64,000 bases of DNA from Mustelus asterias (Eukaryota): contig NW_027590151.1 in NCBI RefSeq assembly GCF_964213995.1, positions 310,001 through 374,000 of the forward strand. The letters run 5' to 3'. Below, in pieces: positions 24,168 through 37,032 of the stretch. Each line of letters opens with the position of its first letter. Position 1 is the first letter of the stretch. The translations under genes and the position numbers were made by a program. The notes under the pieces are model-generated. The model searched no databases. It was not told the origin of the DNA and saw nothing but the letters and a program-made list of their open reading frames with translations.

Positions 24168-26383
24168 TAGGCCTAATAAATATGATTGGATTTTTCGAGG
24201 AGGTGACTAGGTTTGTAGATGAGAGAAATGCAATTGATGTAGGCTAAATGGATTTCAGGCTTTTGACCGAATCCCATATGGAGACTGATCAAGAAGGCAA
24301 GAACCCATGAGAACAGAGCAATTTGAGAAATTGGATCCAAAATTGGCTGAGTGGCAGGAGGCGGGGGATTTGGTTAAAGTTTATTCCTGTGACTGGAAGC
24401 CTGTGTCCAGTGGTGTTCGGTGGGGATGATCGGTCAGAAAATATATTTCGGGAGGGTTTACAAGTCGTGGGAGTGCACAATGAGCGGCAGGATGCTTGGA
24501 TGTGTAGAAGACCAGAGAGGCCTTGTGGAACATATCCAGAGATCCGTGAAAGCAGCAGAACCTTTCCGATGAATGTAACGTGCACAATGAATAACAGATC
24601 AATTATAGATTTTCTGACCGATCATTCCCGCTAGGTCTCTTGCCTTTTGTCGTGTACATTAGTGATGTAGACGTTGATGTGGTGGGCATGATTGGTAAGA
24701 TTGCAGATCAAACAAAAATAGTGTTGTGGTCAATTGTAAGGAGGAAAGCCATAGATTACTGGATGATATGAATGGGCTGGTCAGATGGGCCAAACAGAGG
24801 CAAATGGAATTTAACCCTCAAAAGCGTAAGGTCATGTATTTCGGGAGGTCTGACAAGTCGTGGGAGTGCACAATGAATGGCAGGGTGCTTGGATTTTCTG
24901 ACCGATCAATTTCAGTCAGTAAACATAGATCAATAATAATTCCTGACAAGTCACTCAGCCAATCGCATTTTACGATCCGGCATAATGGTTTCTTATTCGT
25001 CCATTTAATTTGGATGCTGACTCCCATCTTGGCTGAACTCACTTCCCTGTTTCTGTGTAACCAAGGACGCTCATCCAGAGGTCAAAGTGAACATTCCCAC
25101 CGGCTCATTGCCAAAACTGGATAGATGCATGATCCTACGTCACTGTACGTATCTATTCTATGTCTAGACGATGAATGTCCCCATTCATAAAGTTGCAAAA
25201 TGTGTTCCCTCGCCAGAAACGTTCAGATATTAATTCTGCTAACTGCGAAGATTCGCAGGTCTTTGACTCTGAACTCTCCGCCTTTACCATCAGAACTTGC
25301 AGTAACTTGTTTTTGGCTGAAATGAACAAGAATTCATTCAATACTTAAAATACATTTATATCTGTGTAAAGTATTCGTTTCATTAGCTTACGTCATTGTT
25401 TCAAGAATCATTTAACTCTTTGTTTTCAGTGTCTTGTGTATTCTGTCCAAAAAAGCCTCATTACCTCGAGTAACATAAGCAGTTTTTGTCCCTTATTTAA
25501 GGACATATGTTATTTCATTGGAGGCAGTTCAGATAAGGTTTATGAGGATGATCCCCAGTAGGTAGGGATTGCCTTATGAGGAAACGTTGAACAGAATGGA
25601 CTCTACTCATTAGAAATTAGAAGAATAAGAGATGGTCTCATTGAAATATATAGGAGAATTGAAGGGCTTGAGAGGGTAAGTGCTGACCCGATGTTTCCCT
25701 TCAAGGGAGAGTCTAGGACCAGAGGGGACATCTCAGAGTAAAGGGGCCCCAATCGAAAACTTTTTGAGGAACATTTTCTTCTTTTAGAGGGTTGTGGGTC
25801 TTTGAAACTCTTTGCCGCAGAGAGCTGTGGGGGCAAAGTCATTCTACATATTTAATATTTATAGATATATTTTGATCAGTAAGTGAATCTAGGCTTACGG
25901 GGCAAGGGCAGTAAAGTGAACGTGAGGAATGTTGGACCAGCCACGATTCCATTGAATGACAGAGCAGGCTCGAGAGTCCGAACGGAATTCTGCTGATCCT
26001 ATTTCATATGGTGAATGGTTAAAGTCTGGTTATTTTAAAGCGAAAACCCTGGGCTTTCAATTGTGTCAGAAAACATTCAGCCGAAAGGAAAATAAGCACT
26101 GGTGAAACTAGAGTGTGTAATCGGTGCACTGTGAAACGTATTGATTTTCTGCAAACTGTGTCTAATCCAGCAACACGTTCTGACCAAATAGATACTATGC
26201 ACCGGCTGTGATAAATGCGACCAGAAACAGAAAGTGGAGAAAGAGGAAGTGTTGCTCATTAATTCATACAGACACGAAAATATCATGTAAGATAAAACCG
26301 ACCTAATACAATTTCTCAATTGCTTTTCATCTTTTCTTGTTGACTGTTGTGCTGTGTCATTTTAGCGGTGGCCCTGTAACTGT

Positions 26384-26452
26384 AGACAAGTGGCACAATG
26401 GATGACGCGTTTAACTACGGATAACAAGATTCCAGGTTCGACTGCTGGCTCG
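26384..26452 (+). pseudogene. tRNA-Arg(ACG) pseudogene
   Basis: agtggcacaatggatgacgcgtttaactACGgataacaagattccaggttcgact closely follows vertebrate tRNA-Arg-ACG, but the acceptor and anticodon stems are disrupted. Confidence 0.75.
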
Positions 26453-26668
26453 ATGTAAAATTTTGATTCTGTGATTCTGTTGACAAGTGGGATTAGGTAG
26501 GCAGGTCAGGGCCTTTCATGCATCGGTGCAGACTCAGTGGGTCGAAGGGCCCCTTCTGCACTGTAGGATCCTGTGATTCTGATTCAGTGAACTCGTCCAG
26601 GCTAATCGTTTCTGCTTAGCACTGAAAGTGCACCCTCTGCTGATCACTAAATATAACACCCTGCCCGG

Positions 26669-26945
26669 GGCTTTTGTACGGGATTCTCTGTATCTCTGAA
26701 GCAGGTGGGCTCCATGGCACAGAAATACACAGCACTATCAGAGAGAAGGTTTCCAGCGATATTTAAAGGAATCGTTTTGTTTTCTTTGTGCAAAATAGCA
26801 GACAATCTATCTGGATAATCTTTAGACGTGGCTCCTGTGCTACATATCGTTAATAAATATTTCGGAGATTTCCTCGGGAGACTTGATGTACGAGAACAGA
26901 GTTCGAGCATCAGCAGCCGAGTAACTGCAGCCCAGTTTTATGTTA
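26669..26945 (-). pseudogene. TCR alpha/delta V pseudogene, 5'-truncated, with 23-RSS
   Basis: KLGCSYS..LFSYIK, frameshift, then KSPKYLL...LSDSAVYFCAMEP; RSS CACCTGC-23-ACAAAAGCC (26707-26669). Confidence 0.85.
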
Positions 26946-27159
26946 CAGAGCAGTAATCCAGGAGAACTGCATTGATTGTTGGATTATACCGTGGTATGTT
27001 TCAAAGCAGGAATCCAGTGGAATTGAATTAATTGTTGCCTACCCAGTGATCTGCTAGGGAGCAATGATCCAGGAGAACTGGATTAATAATCAATTAAACA
27101 GTGACACTGGACAGAACAGTAACCCAGGAGAGCTGGATTGCTAATAAACACAAGCTACG

Positions 27160-27296
27160 TCTGTGGATGTTGCCGGTAACCAATATTGCTTTTGTTGCTC
27201 TCTGTAGTGCCATAGTACAGTTTAACGTAACAATCTCACCTTCTCCCTTAACATGTGATGAGAGCGGCTGGGTGCCAGAATCTCCATGACTCTGAT
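27160..27296 (-). pseudogene. TCR V pseudogene, 5' half only
   Basis: Acceptor tttcag, then DQSHGDSGTQPLSSHVKGEGEIVTLNC, frameshift, ..YRQHP; same family as the V at 62856-63162. Confidence 0.8.
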
Positions 27297-28738
27297 CTGA
27301 AACTTAAATAATAAAATAGGAAATTCCCCTTTTGTCCTTTATTGTCATTCCAATGTCTGCTGACAATACTGAACATTCCATTGCCCATCACCCTTGTCAT
27401 TTCCTGAAGCATTTAACCACGGCCTGTTCAAAGAGTTCAGTGATCAGAGTGCCGCTGGGTCAAAGGATGTTAACGAAGAGCGAACAGCTTTTAAATATTT
27501 TTACTGTGAACTCTTCAACCAGATCCAAATACAGATAGCCCCCAATGTTCATAACTGTCACTGGAAATGACAGCTCTGAATATTGGAGACCTGTGCACCC
27601 ATTAATACCTAATCGAAACAGCACTTTAAATGCAAACATACAGAAGGGAATGCTGTAGGGTTACTTGTGTAAATAAGATAGACACAGAGAAGAGAGAGAG
27701 TTTATTCTTTGTGAAAATTATGTATACCTGTCTGGATGGTGTCAGATGACTGTCTGATACTGCAATAAGGTAAGGTAAAGCCTCTATAGTCCCAGATGAC
27801 CATCAGCTGCAATGAACTCTGAGGGGAACAGCTGACTAGTGATGATTTGACCTGAGGATCAAGGCACCCCAGACGAGGGGCAAGTTTGAGAATTCGGGAC
27901 CTTCACGAATAATCTTGGGAATTAAGCTCACGCTGTTGGCGTCGCTCTGAAACACGAACCAGCGGTCTAGCCAACTAAAATAAACTGATCTGGTATTGTA
28001 CCCGGATCCTCAGTTGCTGGTCAGAGAGAAGTTGATGGGCCTGAAGCGCCGCCTTTGCGGTCAGAAGCTTAACCTCAGTCCATCAACCAGTGCAGGGAGA
28101 TTTTAAAGAATCTCCAGCACTAGTGAAATAACAGTGGAAATGGGACCTTCAAATAAACTTCATGGACCACTCTCTTATCTACTTAATGTAGGGGAAAGGA
28201 CGGTGGCAGCCACTCCTCACAGGGGAATATTCCTGCCAGCCGGTCTTCGACAGATAAATCTGTGTGAGAATTTCAAACTCAGCTTCCCGGATTCAATGGA
28301 GTGATACTAATTTTCAGCACCTGCTTCCAAATTGGGCGTTATTCACATAATACACAATCGGAGACCATGGATCCTTGATTCCCCAGAAACCATGGATCAA
28401 TGATTCCCCAGAAACAGCCCTCTGTCAATCAAGTCCAGATCACATTTAGAGAGACATACCCAAAATGTGGATCACAACACCCAATGAGGTGGCAGGACCA
28501 GATTCTGGGAACGGGGGCTCCGAGGCAGCAATAGGTGTGGATTTTTACTGAATGTTCACAACTTTCTGCCGCCTTTACATCCTCGCGTTTTATTCTAATC
28601 GTTGGGCGTGGCCCAATTTATCGATGTTCGGGTCTGCAGTATTTCAGTGCAGCTCTGAGATCCAGTCTCCCAGAGCAGTACAGCTCTGCAGTCTCCAGCT
28701 CCCCGTCAAATAAACCAGTAGCTCCAGGCAGCAGAGCG

Positions 28739-29217
28739 ATGGGAATCCTTCTTGTTTTCACTCTTTTTGTCTGTTTACCACGTGAGTACCGATCGAACTT
28801 ACCCACATTGTATGGATTGAATATCAAGATACCCCAGTCCATCTCAATTACAGACGCTGTCTGGGGTTTTAGCCCCGTTGTGTGGTTCTGCTCTGATGGT
28901 CCATTAAACTCTGTGCTTAATTTCCAGGATCTTTCAGTCAGTCAGTGACACAGAGCCTGTCAGTGGTGAACAGGAAGGAGTGTCAGTCTGTCACCATCAC
29001 CTGCGTTTTCTATGGTGGAAGCGATGTTGCTTCGTTGGAGAGGGGGTTGTTCTTCAGGCAAAGTCAGAACGGGACGAAGCGGGAGTGGATCTCCAGCGGA
29101 GGAAGATTTGCTGTGTCGTTCCATAAAGCTCAGCAGATATTTTCGCTGGAAATTCTGGATATGAGAGTTGAAGACACTGCCACCTACTACTGTAAAGCTC
29201 ATTACAGGTGCAAAACG
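28739..29217 (+). CDS. NAR-TCR V segment 1 (leader 28739-28781, V exon 28928-29217), apparently intact
   Basis: Leader MGILLVFTLFVCLP|gtgagt with a phase-1 intron. V reads SVTQSLSVVNRKECQSVTITC..FFRQ..REWISSGGRF..DTATYYCKA: IgNAR-like loss of CDR2 and a non-canonical FR1 Cys. Confidence 0.9.
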
Positions 29218-29255
29218 CACGGTGATGGGCGTGGGCTTCCAGCGATACTAAAACC
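29218..29255 (+). other. 23-type RSS of NAR-TCR V1
   Basis: CACGGTG-22 nt-ACTAAAACC. Confidence 0.85.
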
Positions 29256-29580
29256 CTCACTATAGATTATCACAGAAACAACTGAAACAGAGGAGTAAAT
29301 CTGCCCTGAAACGCGCACAGTTCCGACTCACACCGTCTGCCCCACAGTCTAGTGTGCAATGAGACTGGTTTATTACCGTTAAAGTCTTTAGTTTTGTAAC
29401 TTCCATGTATGTGACGATGCTGATGTGTTCCGCAGGATTGGTATTGGTGGATGAAGAATGGGAATGATTGATCCCAGTTGCAAACCCTCACAGTAGGTGA
29501 GATTCCAGTGTAACAGCTTGAACTGGGAACAGCAGTGCCCGCTATTTAACTAGTATCCCAACATCGAAACCAGTACCCGG

Positions 29581-29683
29581 GGCTTTTGCCGCTGAATTGT
29601 AACACTGTGTGTGCCAGGTGTTGGGAGTATATGGAGGCATGATTCTGTGAGTGGATCCGGGACGGTGGTGAATGTCTCAGCCG
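29581..29683 (+). other. 12-type RSS plus NAR-TCR (D)J segment 1
   Basis: GGCTTTTGC-13 nt-CACTGTG (29581-29609), then 74 nt reading VPGVGSIWRHDSVSGSGTVVNVSA and donor gtaagt at 29684. Confidence 0.85.
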
Positions 29684-30509
29684 GTAAGTGACTCCAAAGC
29701 CCGACGTGGTACAGACTGTCCCGGTTAATTGTCATGGTCAGTATATTGATCTGCTTCATTTCAATCCAATCGAAAAGGAAACAGATCTATTTCCTATTGA
29801 ATCTCTTCCATTGTAGATATCGATTTGGGAGCAGGATGTGATTCTAAAATCAGATCCAGGTCAGTCCTGGGGACAGTGTGTGCATGAGACCTGATGGACA
29901 ACGTTCTCAAGGAGTCCAGGGTAGTGCGGGTTAAGGGGGGTGGTGGTGATGTGAGGGTTGACAGTATCGGGGCCGTCATTGGTTAAACTAGCACAACAGG
30001 GTTAACATCAACATCAAGAACTCTCACTCCTGATAGTTTTAACAAGTTCAAATTGTCGGCACTCCGGAATCCACTCTGGGTGTTAAATTTCATCGAGGGA
30101 GATCTGTCTGCCGCTTACAACCCGACAGCAGGGGCGCAGAGCTCTCTGCCGGGCAGTAGATTGAAGTCTCAGCTGCACAATGTGAATAAGATACTGGCTG
30201 AATAAGGTCAATGTCACCGTGACCAGTTCATTTAATCGCAGTGATTCCTTCAATAGCTGACCTTGGAGACAAACAGGAAGATGTCACAACGGATTTCAGA
30301 TATAAGCGATCTTATTGTAGGCCCAGATTGAATTTTATTATGGAACAATCAGTGACTGCAATTAATGACATTTTATCTGGCATTTCTTTAAATAACCTCC
30401 ACATAACCAACCACTTTCCTCACTTTCCACCATCAGATTGAAATGTGAATGTTTGGAATTTATTTATGGTAAATGTGGATACTTAAGAGATCGGATTTTT
30501 TTTCTCTCC

Positions 30510-32790
30510 AATTCATTTACTGAACGTGGGCGTCGATAATTAGGCCAACATATATTACCATCCCACGTTGCTCGTTTGAAGATGGTTGTGAGCTGCTTTC
30601 TTGAACCGCTGCAGTCTGTGAGACGTAGGTATACCCATATTGCTATTAAGAAGGATATTGTCCCAGTGAATGTGAAGGAGCGGCGATATATTTCCAAGTC
30701 ACGATGGTGAGTCATTTGGATGGGAACCACTGATTGGTGGTTTTCCCAGGTGCTGCTCATGTCCTTCAAACTGTTAGTGATCCTGCGTTTCGAAGGTGCT
30801 GCCTAACGTGACTTGGTGAGTTCCTACAATGCGTTTTGTCATGGTTGCCACTGTTCATCAGCGTTGATGGGATTGAAAGTTTCTGGAAGTGATAGCAATC
30901 AAGAGCGCTGCTTTCCCTGGATGGTGTCGAGCTTCCGGAGTGTTGTTGGAGGTGTGCTCATCCAGGAATGTGGAGAGTATTCCATTACACTTCTGACTTG
31001 TGCATTGTCGATGGTGGACAAGCTATGCGTGTTTACGAGATGCCTTGGTGGCTGTAGGATTCCTAGCCTCTAACCTGTTTGCGTAGCCACAGGACTTCTA
31101 TAGATGGCATGAATGTTACTTGCTACTTGTCAGCCCCAAGCCTGGATATTGTTCAAGTCTTGTTGCATTTGAGCATGGGCTGCTTCAGTATCTGAGGAGT
31201 CACAATTAATGCTGAACATTGTGAAATAATCGGCGAACATCCCCACGCCTGACGTTATGATGGTAGACAGGTCATTGATGAAACCGCTGAAGGTGGTTGG
31301 GCCTCGGGCACGACTTGCAGTCATGTCCTAGAAATAACATTATATACCTCCAACTACTACAATTATCTTCGTTCGGATCAGCGTGGCCTTACACCAGTGG
31401 ATGGCTTTCCCCGTTTCCCAGTTGCTCAATTTTGCTAGGGTTCCTTGATGCCATACACGTTAAATGCTGCTGTGATGCCAAGAGCAGTCACTCTCACCTC
31501 CCCTCTGGAGTTCAGATTGTTTTGAATATTTGAATCAATGTTAGAATGGGCGAAGCAGCAGGGTAATTCCTGCAGAACCCAAACAAATGGTCTATGAAAA
31601 GGTCACTGATGTATAAGTGGTGCATGATAGCGCTGTATATGATCCATTCATAACTTTACTGACGATTGAGAGTCGATTGATGGTGTGGCCATTCGACATG
31701 CTGGATTCGTCTTGTTTGTGTGTGTTTGTGTACAGGGCATACCTGGGCAATTTTCCACAGAGCTGGGTAAACGCCAGCATTGTAGCTGCACGGGGACTGC
31801 TTGAGGAAACAAGTTCTGGAGCACAAATATTCAGTACTATTACCGGAATACTGTTCGGGCCCATAGATTTTGCAATGTCCAATGCCTTCAGTTGTTTCTT
31901 GATATCACATTAAGTGAATCCAATTAGGAGGGCACTGACCTTCGTAATGGGTCATGCAGTTGAACCTTCTGGCTGTAGATTGTTCGAAGGCTTCAGGCTT
32001 ATCTTCACCAGATCAACAACTCATTTTTCGGCATGCCTCGTATTGCTCCTGGCATGCCATCCTGCAGTGCTCATTGAGCCAGTGCTGATCCCCTGATTTG
32101 TTGTTAACGGTAGATTGGGAATATGCCGGGCCATTCTGTTACAGGTTGTGGTTGAGTAATATTCTGTTGCTGGCTCAGAGCGCATCATGGATGCTCAGTC
32201 TTGAGTTGCTAGATTTGTTTGAAGTATATCCCATTTAACACGGTGGTCGTACCACACCACATGATGGACGATATTCCCAAAATGAAGACCGGACTTTATG
32301 TCCACAAGAACTGTGATTATCGCTTCTACGGATGCTGTTGTAGACAGATCCATTTACAGCAGGGAGGTTGGTGAGGATGAGCTCAATTTGTTGTTCTCTC
32401 TTGTTTGTTCCCTCATCACTTGTCGTAGTCCCAGTCTAGCAGTTATCTCCCGATAGGACCCGGCCAGCTCTGTCTGTGGTGATGTTGTCGAGCCACGTTT
32501 GGTGATGGACATTGAAGTTCCAGACCCAGAGTACATTCCGTACCCTTCCCAGCCGCAGTGCTTCCTCTAAATGATGTTAAACATAGATCAGTAGTGATTC
32601 ACCGCTGAGGTATGTGCTACCCAGCAGGGCGTCTCACTTGGTGTCATGCGACTTCATGGGTGCAGAGCTGATGCTTACCACTCCCAGGGCAACTCCCTCC
32701 GAATTGTTTACAACTGTTCTGCCACCTCTGCTGACTCTGTCCTGCCGATGGATCACGACATAATTAGGGATGAGGATGGTGGCATCCAGG
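30510..32790 (-). mobile_element. Old decayed LINE (CR1/L2 group)
   Basis: Remnant peptides FINDL..VGMFAD, KSMGPNSIP..LNICAPEL; a related tail occurs at about 51400-51750. Confidence 0.7.
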
Positions 32791-35639
32791 CTATTGCTGT
32801 AATTTCTCAGTATCCCTGATAATCGTAAATTGAAATAACACTGTGCAGTGAGAGAGTAAGGATGGTGCGATCATCGTATAAAAGGAACAATTATGAAGAG
32901 AATATTCATCCAGAACCAGCAGGAAATAATCAATCAAATGGGAGAGAAGGATTGGATTATTCATGGAGAATCCTCAAAGCAAAACCAACCACATGGATGG
33001 ATAATGAGATTTGAGGAGTGTTGAGCTGAAATATGTCGGGAATGCTGTGAAAAGTTTTGTCTCCTTTCTCAAGGAAGAATCTACATACTTCGGGGGATTT
33101 TCACACAGGTTCATCAGGCTGATTCTTGGGATAAATTCATTGTCCTTTGAGAAGAAATTGAGGATCCATGCCTATTAGAGTAATGAGGACTGACCACATC
33201 AGAATGGATGATATTCTGAAATGACTTGGCAAGGCAGGTTCTGGGTTGTTGTTTCTCTAGACTACGAAGTATATAACTTGGGGTCCTATTTTCAGAATAA
33301 TGTTTCAGCCATTTGATCTCAGAAGACGAGATATTTCTTCAGTCAAAGCCATTGTGGTGAAACTGTAAAATCTATATCTCAGAGAGATGAAGATAGTCAA
33401 TGCTAAATGCATTCAAGGCAGCGTTTGTTATATATCTGAATACTAAAATGATCAGAGGCTTTGGGGATTGTAAGACAATTTGATGTTGAGGCAAGAGATA
33501 TGTCGCAACATTACAAAATGCTGGAGTAGTTTTGAAATGGTGAACAGACGCTCCTCCTTCTATCAGTCAGAAGTTTTGCTTCGATGATTCAATTTCTAAG
33601 GAAAACAATCACTAACGATCTACATCTCTCTGGAAAGTTGGAATATGCTGGGTCTTTTTTTCTGGAGACTGGAAAATCACGAGGAGGATACATGAATATT
33701 GTTGAAATTATGGAAGGATCTAATAGGGTGGATGTGGGCCAATTGTTTACTGCTGAATGTACCCAGAGTAAGGTGGTATTAACATGCGACAGAAATACAA
33801 CCCCAATTGATGTCACTACTGGATGCGAAGGTCCCAGAGTGCAACCCTGGCCCAAAAGAACATAGAGCTTTATTTTGTTTTAGGAAACGTAGATGAACAG
33901 AATCACAGGAAAGCCAATTAGCTTTTAACAACAAGAATATAAACATTTATTAAACATGAAGAGTTTACCTATAATACAATACTACTTCACCCCACATTTG
34001 TATTCACAGATGTGCACAGGTTTTAAGGATAACACAGATTCAAAATATATATTATGCTCTATTATTGTTAGTCAATACACAATTCCTGCAAACCAATATG
34101 CCAATGCGGTCAGACACACTCCACTCTGAAACTAAGTGACAGAGGCCATCCAATCAAACTTCTGTGGATTTCTCTTCAAATCGCCCCAGTTGATTATGAC
34201 ATTGTGAGTCAACTGGCATGACTGGACTCTGGTTTGCACATAAATATTTCCGATACCCCACTCTCGAGTGTCGGAATCTTCTTCCAAAAAATGCTTTCCA
34301 TCGGCTCTTTTCAGCAAGCATCAAGATCCAGGATTTCCAACTCTCCTTTCAGTATTCCTTTGAATTGAATTGTCATGCGCATTCAAAACTCTACACGAAC
34401 AGCCAGGTGCTGTGCCTTGTTAATAGAACACTACTGCTTCACAGACTGTAGTAAGATATCACATCTTAATTATTATATAAGACAGATGGTTTGCCGACGT
34501 CAGCAGGTCTCCCAGTTCAGCTGTGCATTCAACTGGAAACCTCAGTTATTTATTTACCTTTAATGGACCTTTGTTCAGTTTCCAATTCCGTTGTTCAGTT
34601 CAACGGTTCAACAGTTCAACGTTGTCCAATTTAGTTTCCAATTACCTTTGTTCAGTTTCCAGTTCAGTTGTCCCTTTACGTTCAGTTTTACAGGACTTCA
34701 CTTTTAATTCCCTCTTTTCGAGAACGATCTGTTCATTAATTCCTGGGAGTTCATCTCTTCCCATTACTCCATTGTAATGGATTCAGTCGCTGGCACAGTT
34801 GTGAGAGCTACTTTCTCTGTCACCGCCGAGCTCCAAGTGCCTTGGGGTCAGTTAAAATGAAACTCAAAGATACATCATTATCTCAAGGTGTCTCCTGTCT
34901 GCCAATATACCATCTGTTCCTTCTTTACTCTTGTTTCCTTTTCACATCGTAAACTTTTTATACACAATGCAGGCACAGTTTAATATGAATCCACAACGCC
35001 CCCAGATGCAAACACCACCCTACATGCAAATGCACGCACAGTGGTTAGAACTGCTACCTCACAGCACCAGGGACCCGGGTTCGATCCCGGCTTGGGTCAC
35101 TGTCTGTGTTGGATCTGCACGTTCTCCCCGTGTCTGTCCTGGTTTCCTCCTAGTGAACAATGAACAAGGAAAATTACAGAACAGGAAAAGGTCCTTCGGC
35201 CCTCCAAGCCAGCACCAACAATGCTGCCTGTCTTAACTAAACCCCCGAGCCTTCCGGGAACCATATCCCTCTATTCCCATTCATATTCGCAAAACGCCCC
35301 TTAAAAGTCACTACTGTTTCCACTTCCACTACCTCCCCCGGCAACGTGTTCCAGACACCCACCACCCACTGTGTAAATCTGTGCCCCCTTGTAATTGACT
35401 CTTCCACGCTGGGAAAAAGCTTCTGAATATCCACTCTGTCCATGCCTCTCATAATCTTATAGACTTTTATCAGGCCGCCCCTCAACCTCCGTCGTTCCAG
35501 TGAGAACGAACCAGATTTCTCCAACCTCTCCTCATAGCTAATGCCCTCCATACCAGGCAACATCCTGGTAAATCTTTTCTGCACCCTCTCCAAAGCCACG
35601 ACATCCTTCTGGTACTGTGGCGAATAGAATTGAACACTA

Positions 35640-36428
35640 TAATAGCAAATTGGATTATTATCTAAATGGAAAAAAAATACAACATGCTACTGTGCAAAGG
35701 GACCTGGGGGTCCTTGTGCATGAGACGCAAAAACCCAGTCTGCAGGTGCAACAGGTGATCAAGAAGGCAAATGGGATGTTGGCCTATATCGCAAGGGGGA
35801 TAGAATATAAAAGCAGAGATGGCTTGCTGCATCTGTACAGGGCATTGGTGAGGCCGCAGCTGGAATACTGTGTGCAGTATTGGTCCCCTTATTTGCGGAA
35901 GGATATATTGGCCTTGGAGGGAGTGCAGAGAAGGTTCACCAGGTTGATACCAGAGATGAGGGGTGTTGACTATGAGGAGAGACTGAGCAGATTGGGTTTG
36001 TATTCGTTGGAATTTAGAAGGTTGAGGGGGAATCTTATAGAGACCTATAAGATCATGAAGGGGCTGGATAGGGTAGAGATGGAGAGATTCTTTCCACTTA
36101 GAAAGGAAACTAGAACTAGAGGGCACAGCCTCAAAATAAAGGGGGGTCAGTTTAGGACAGAGTTGAGGAGGAACTTCTTCTCTCAGAGGGTGGTGAATCT
36201 CTGGAATTGTCTGCCCACTGAAGTGGTGGAGGCTACCTCGTTGAATATGTTTAAATCACGGATAGATGGATTCCTAATCGGTAAGGGAATTAGGGGTTAT
36301 GGGGATCAGGCGGGTAAGTGGAACTGATCCACTTCAGATCAGCCATGATCTTATTGAATGGCGGGTCAGGCTGGAGGGGCTAGATGGCCTACTCCTGCTC
36401 CTACTTCCTTTGTTCTTATGTTCTTATG
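35640..36428 (+). mobile_element. Nested CR1 3' fragment
   Basis: Near-identical to 23380-24160. Confidence 0.9.
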
Positions 36429-37032
36429 TATATTCTATAAAGCTGCAATATGACTTGCCAATTTTTAAACTCAATGCCCCGGCCGATGAACGCAAGCATG
36501 CCGCATGCCTTCTTGACTGCCTTCTCCACCTGCATTGCCACTTTCAGTGACCTGTGTACCTGTACCCAGATCCCTTTGCCTATCAATACTCTTAAGGGTT
36601 CTGCCGTATACTGTATATTTCCTATTTGTATTAGTCCTTCCAAAATGCAAGACCTCACATTTGTCCGGATTAAACTCCATCTGCCATCTCTCTGCCCAAG
36701 CCTCTAACCGATGTATATCCTGCTGAATCCTCTGATGGTCCTAATCACTATCCGCAAATCCACCAACTGAAAACGTACTAATCAAACCAGTTACATTTTC
36801 CTCCAAATCATTTATATATATTGCAAACAGCAAAGGTCCCAGCACTGATCCCTGAGGAACGTCACTTGTCACAGCCCTCCATTCAGAAACGCACCCTTCC
36901 ACTGCTATCTCTGTCTTCTTTGACCGAGTAAGAGTTTTGTATTCACCTTGCCAGCTCATCTCTGATCCCATGCGACTTCGCCTTCTGCACCAGTCTGCCA
37001 TGTGGGACTTTGTCAAAGGCCTTTCTGAAGTC

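Noticed and set aside
29256-29580. Free D segment between NAR V1 and J1
   Set aside because: No heptamer/nonamer pairs with valid spacing were found.
33810-35020. Possible solo LTR
   Set aside because: No convincing termini or TSD could be identified by eye.
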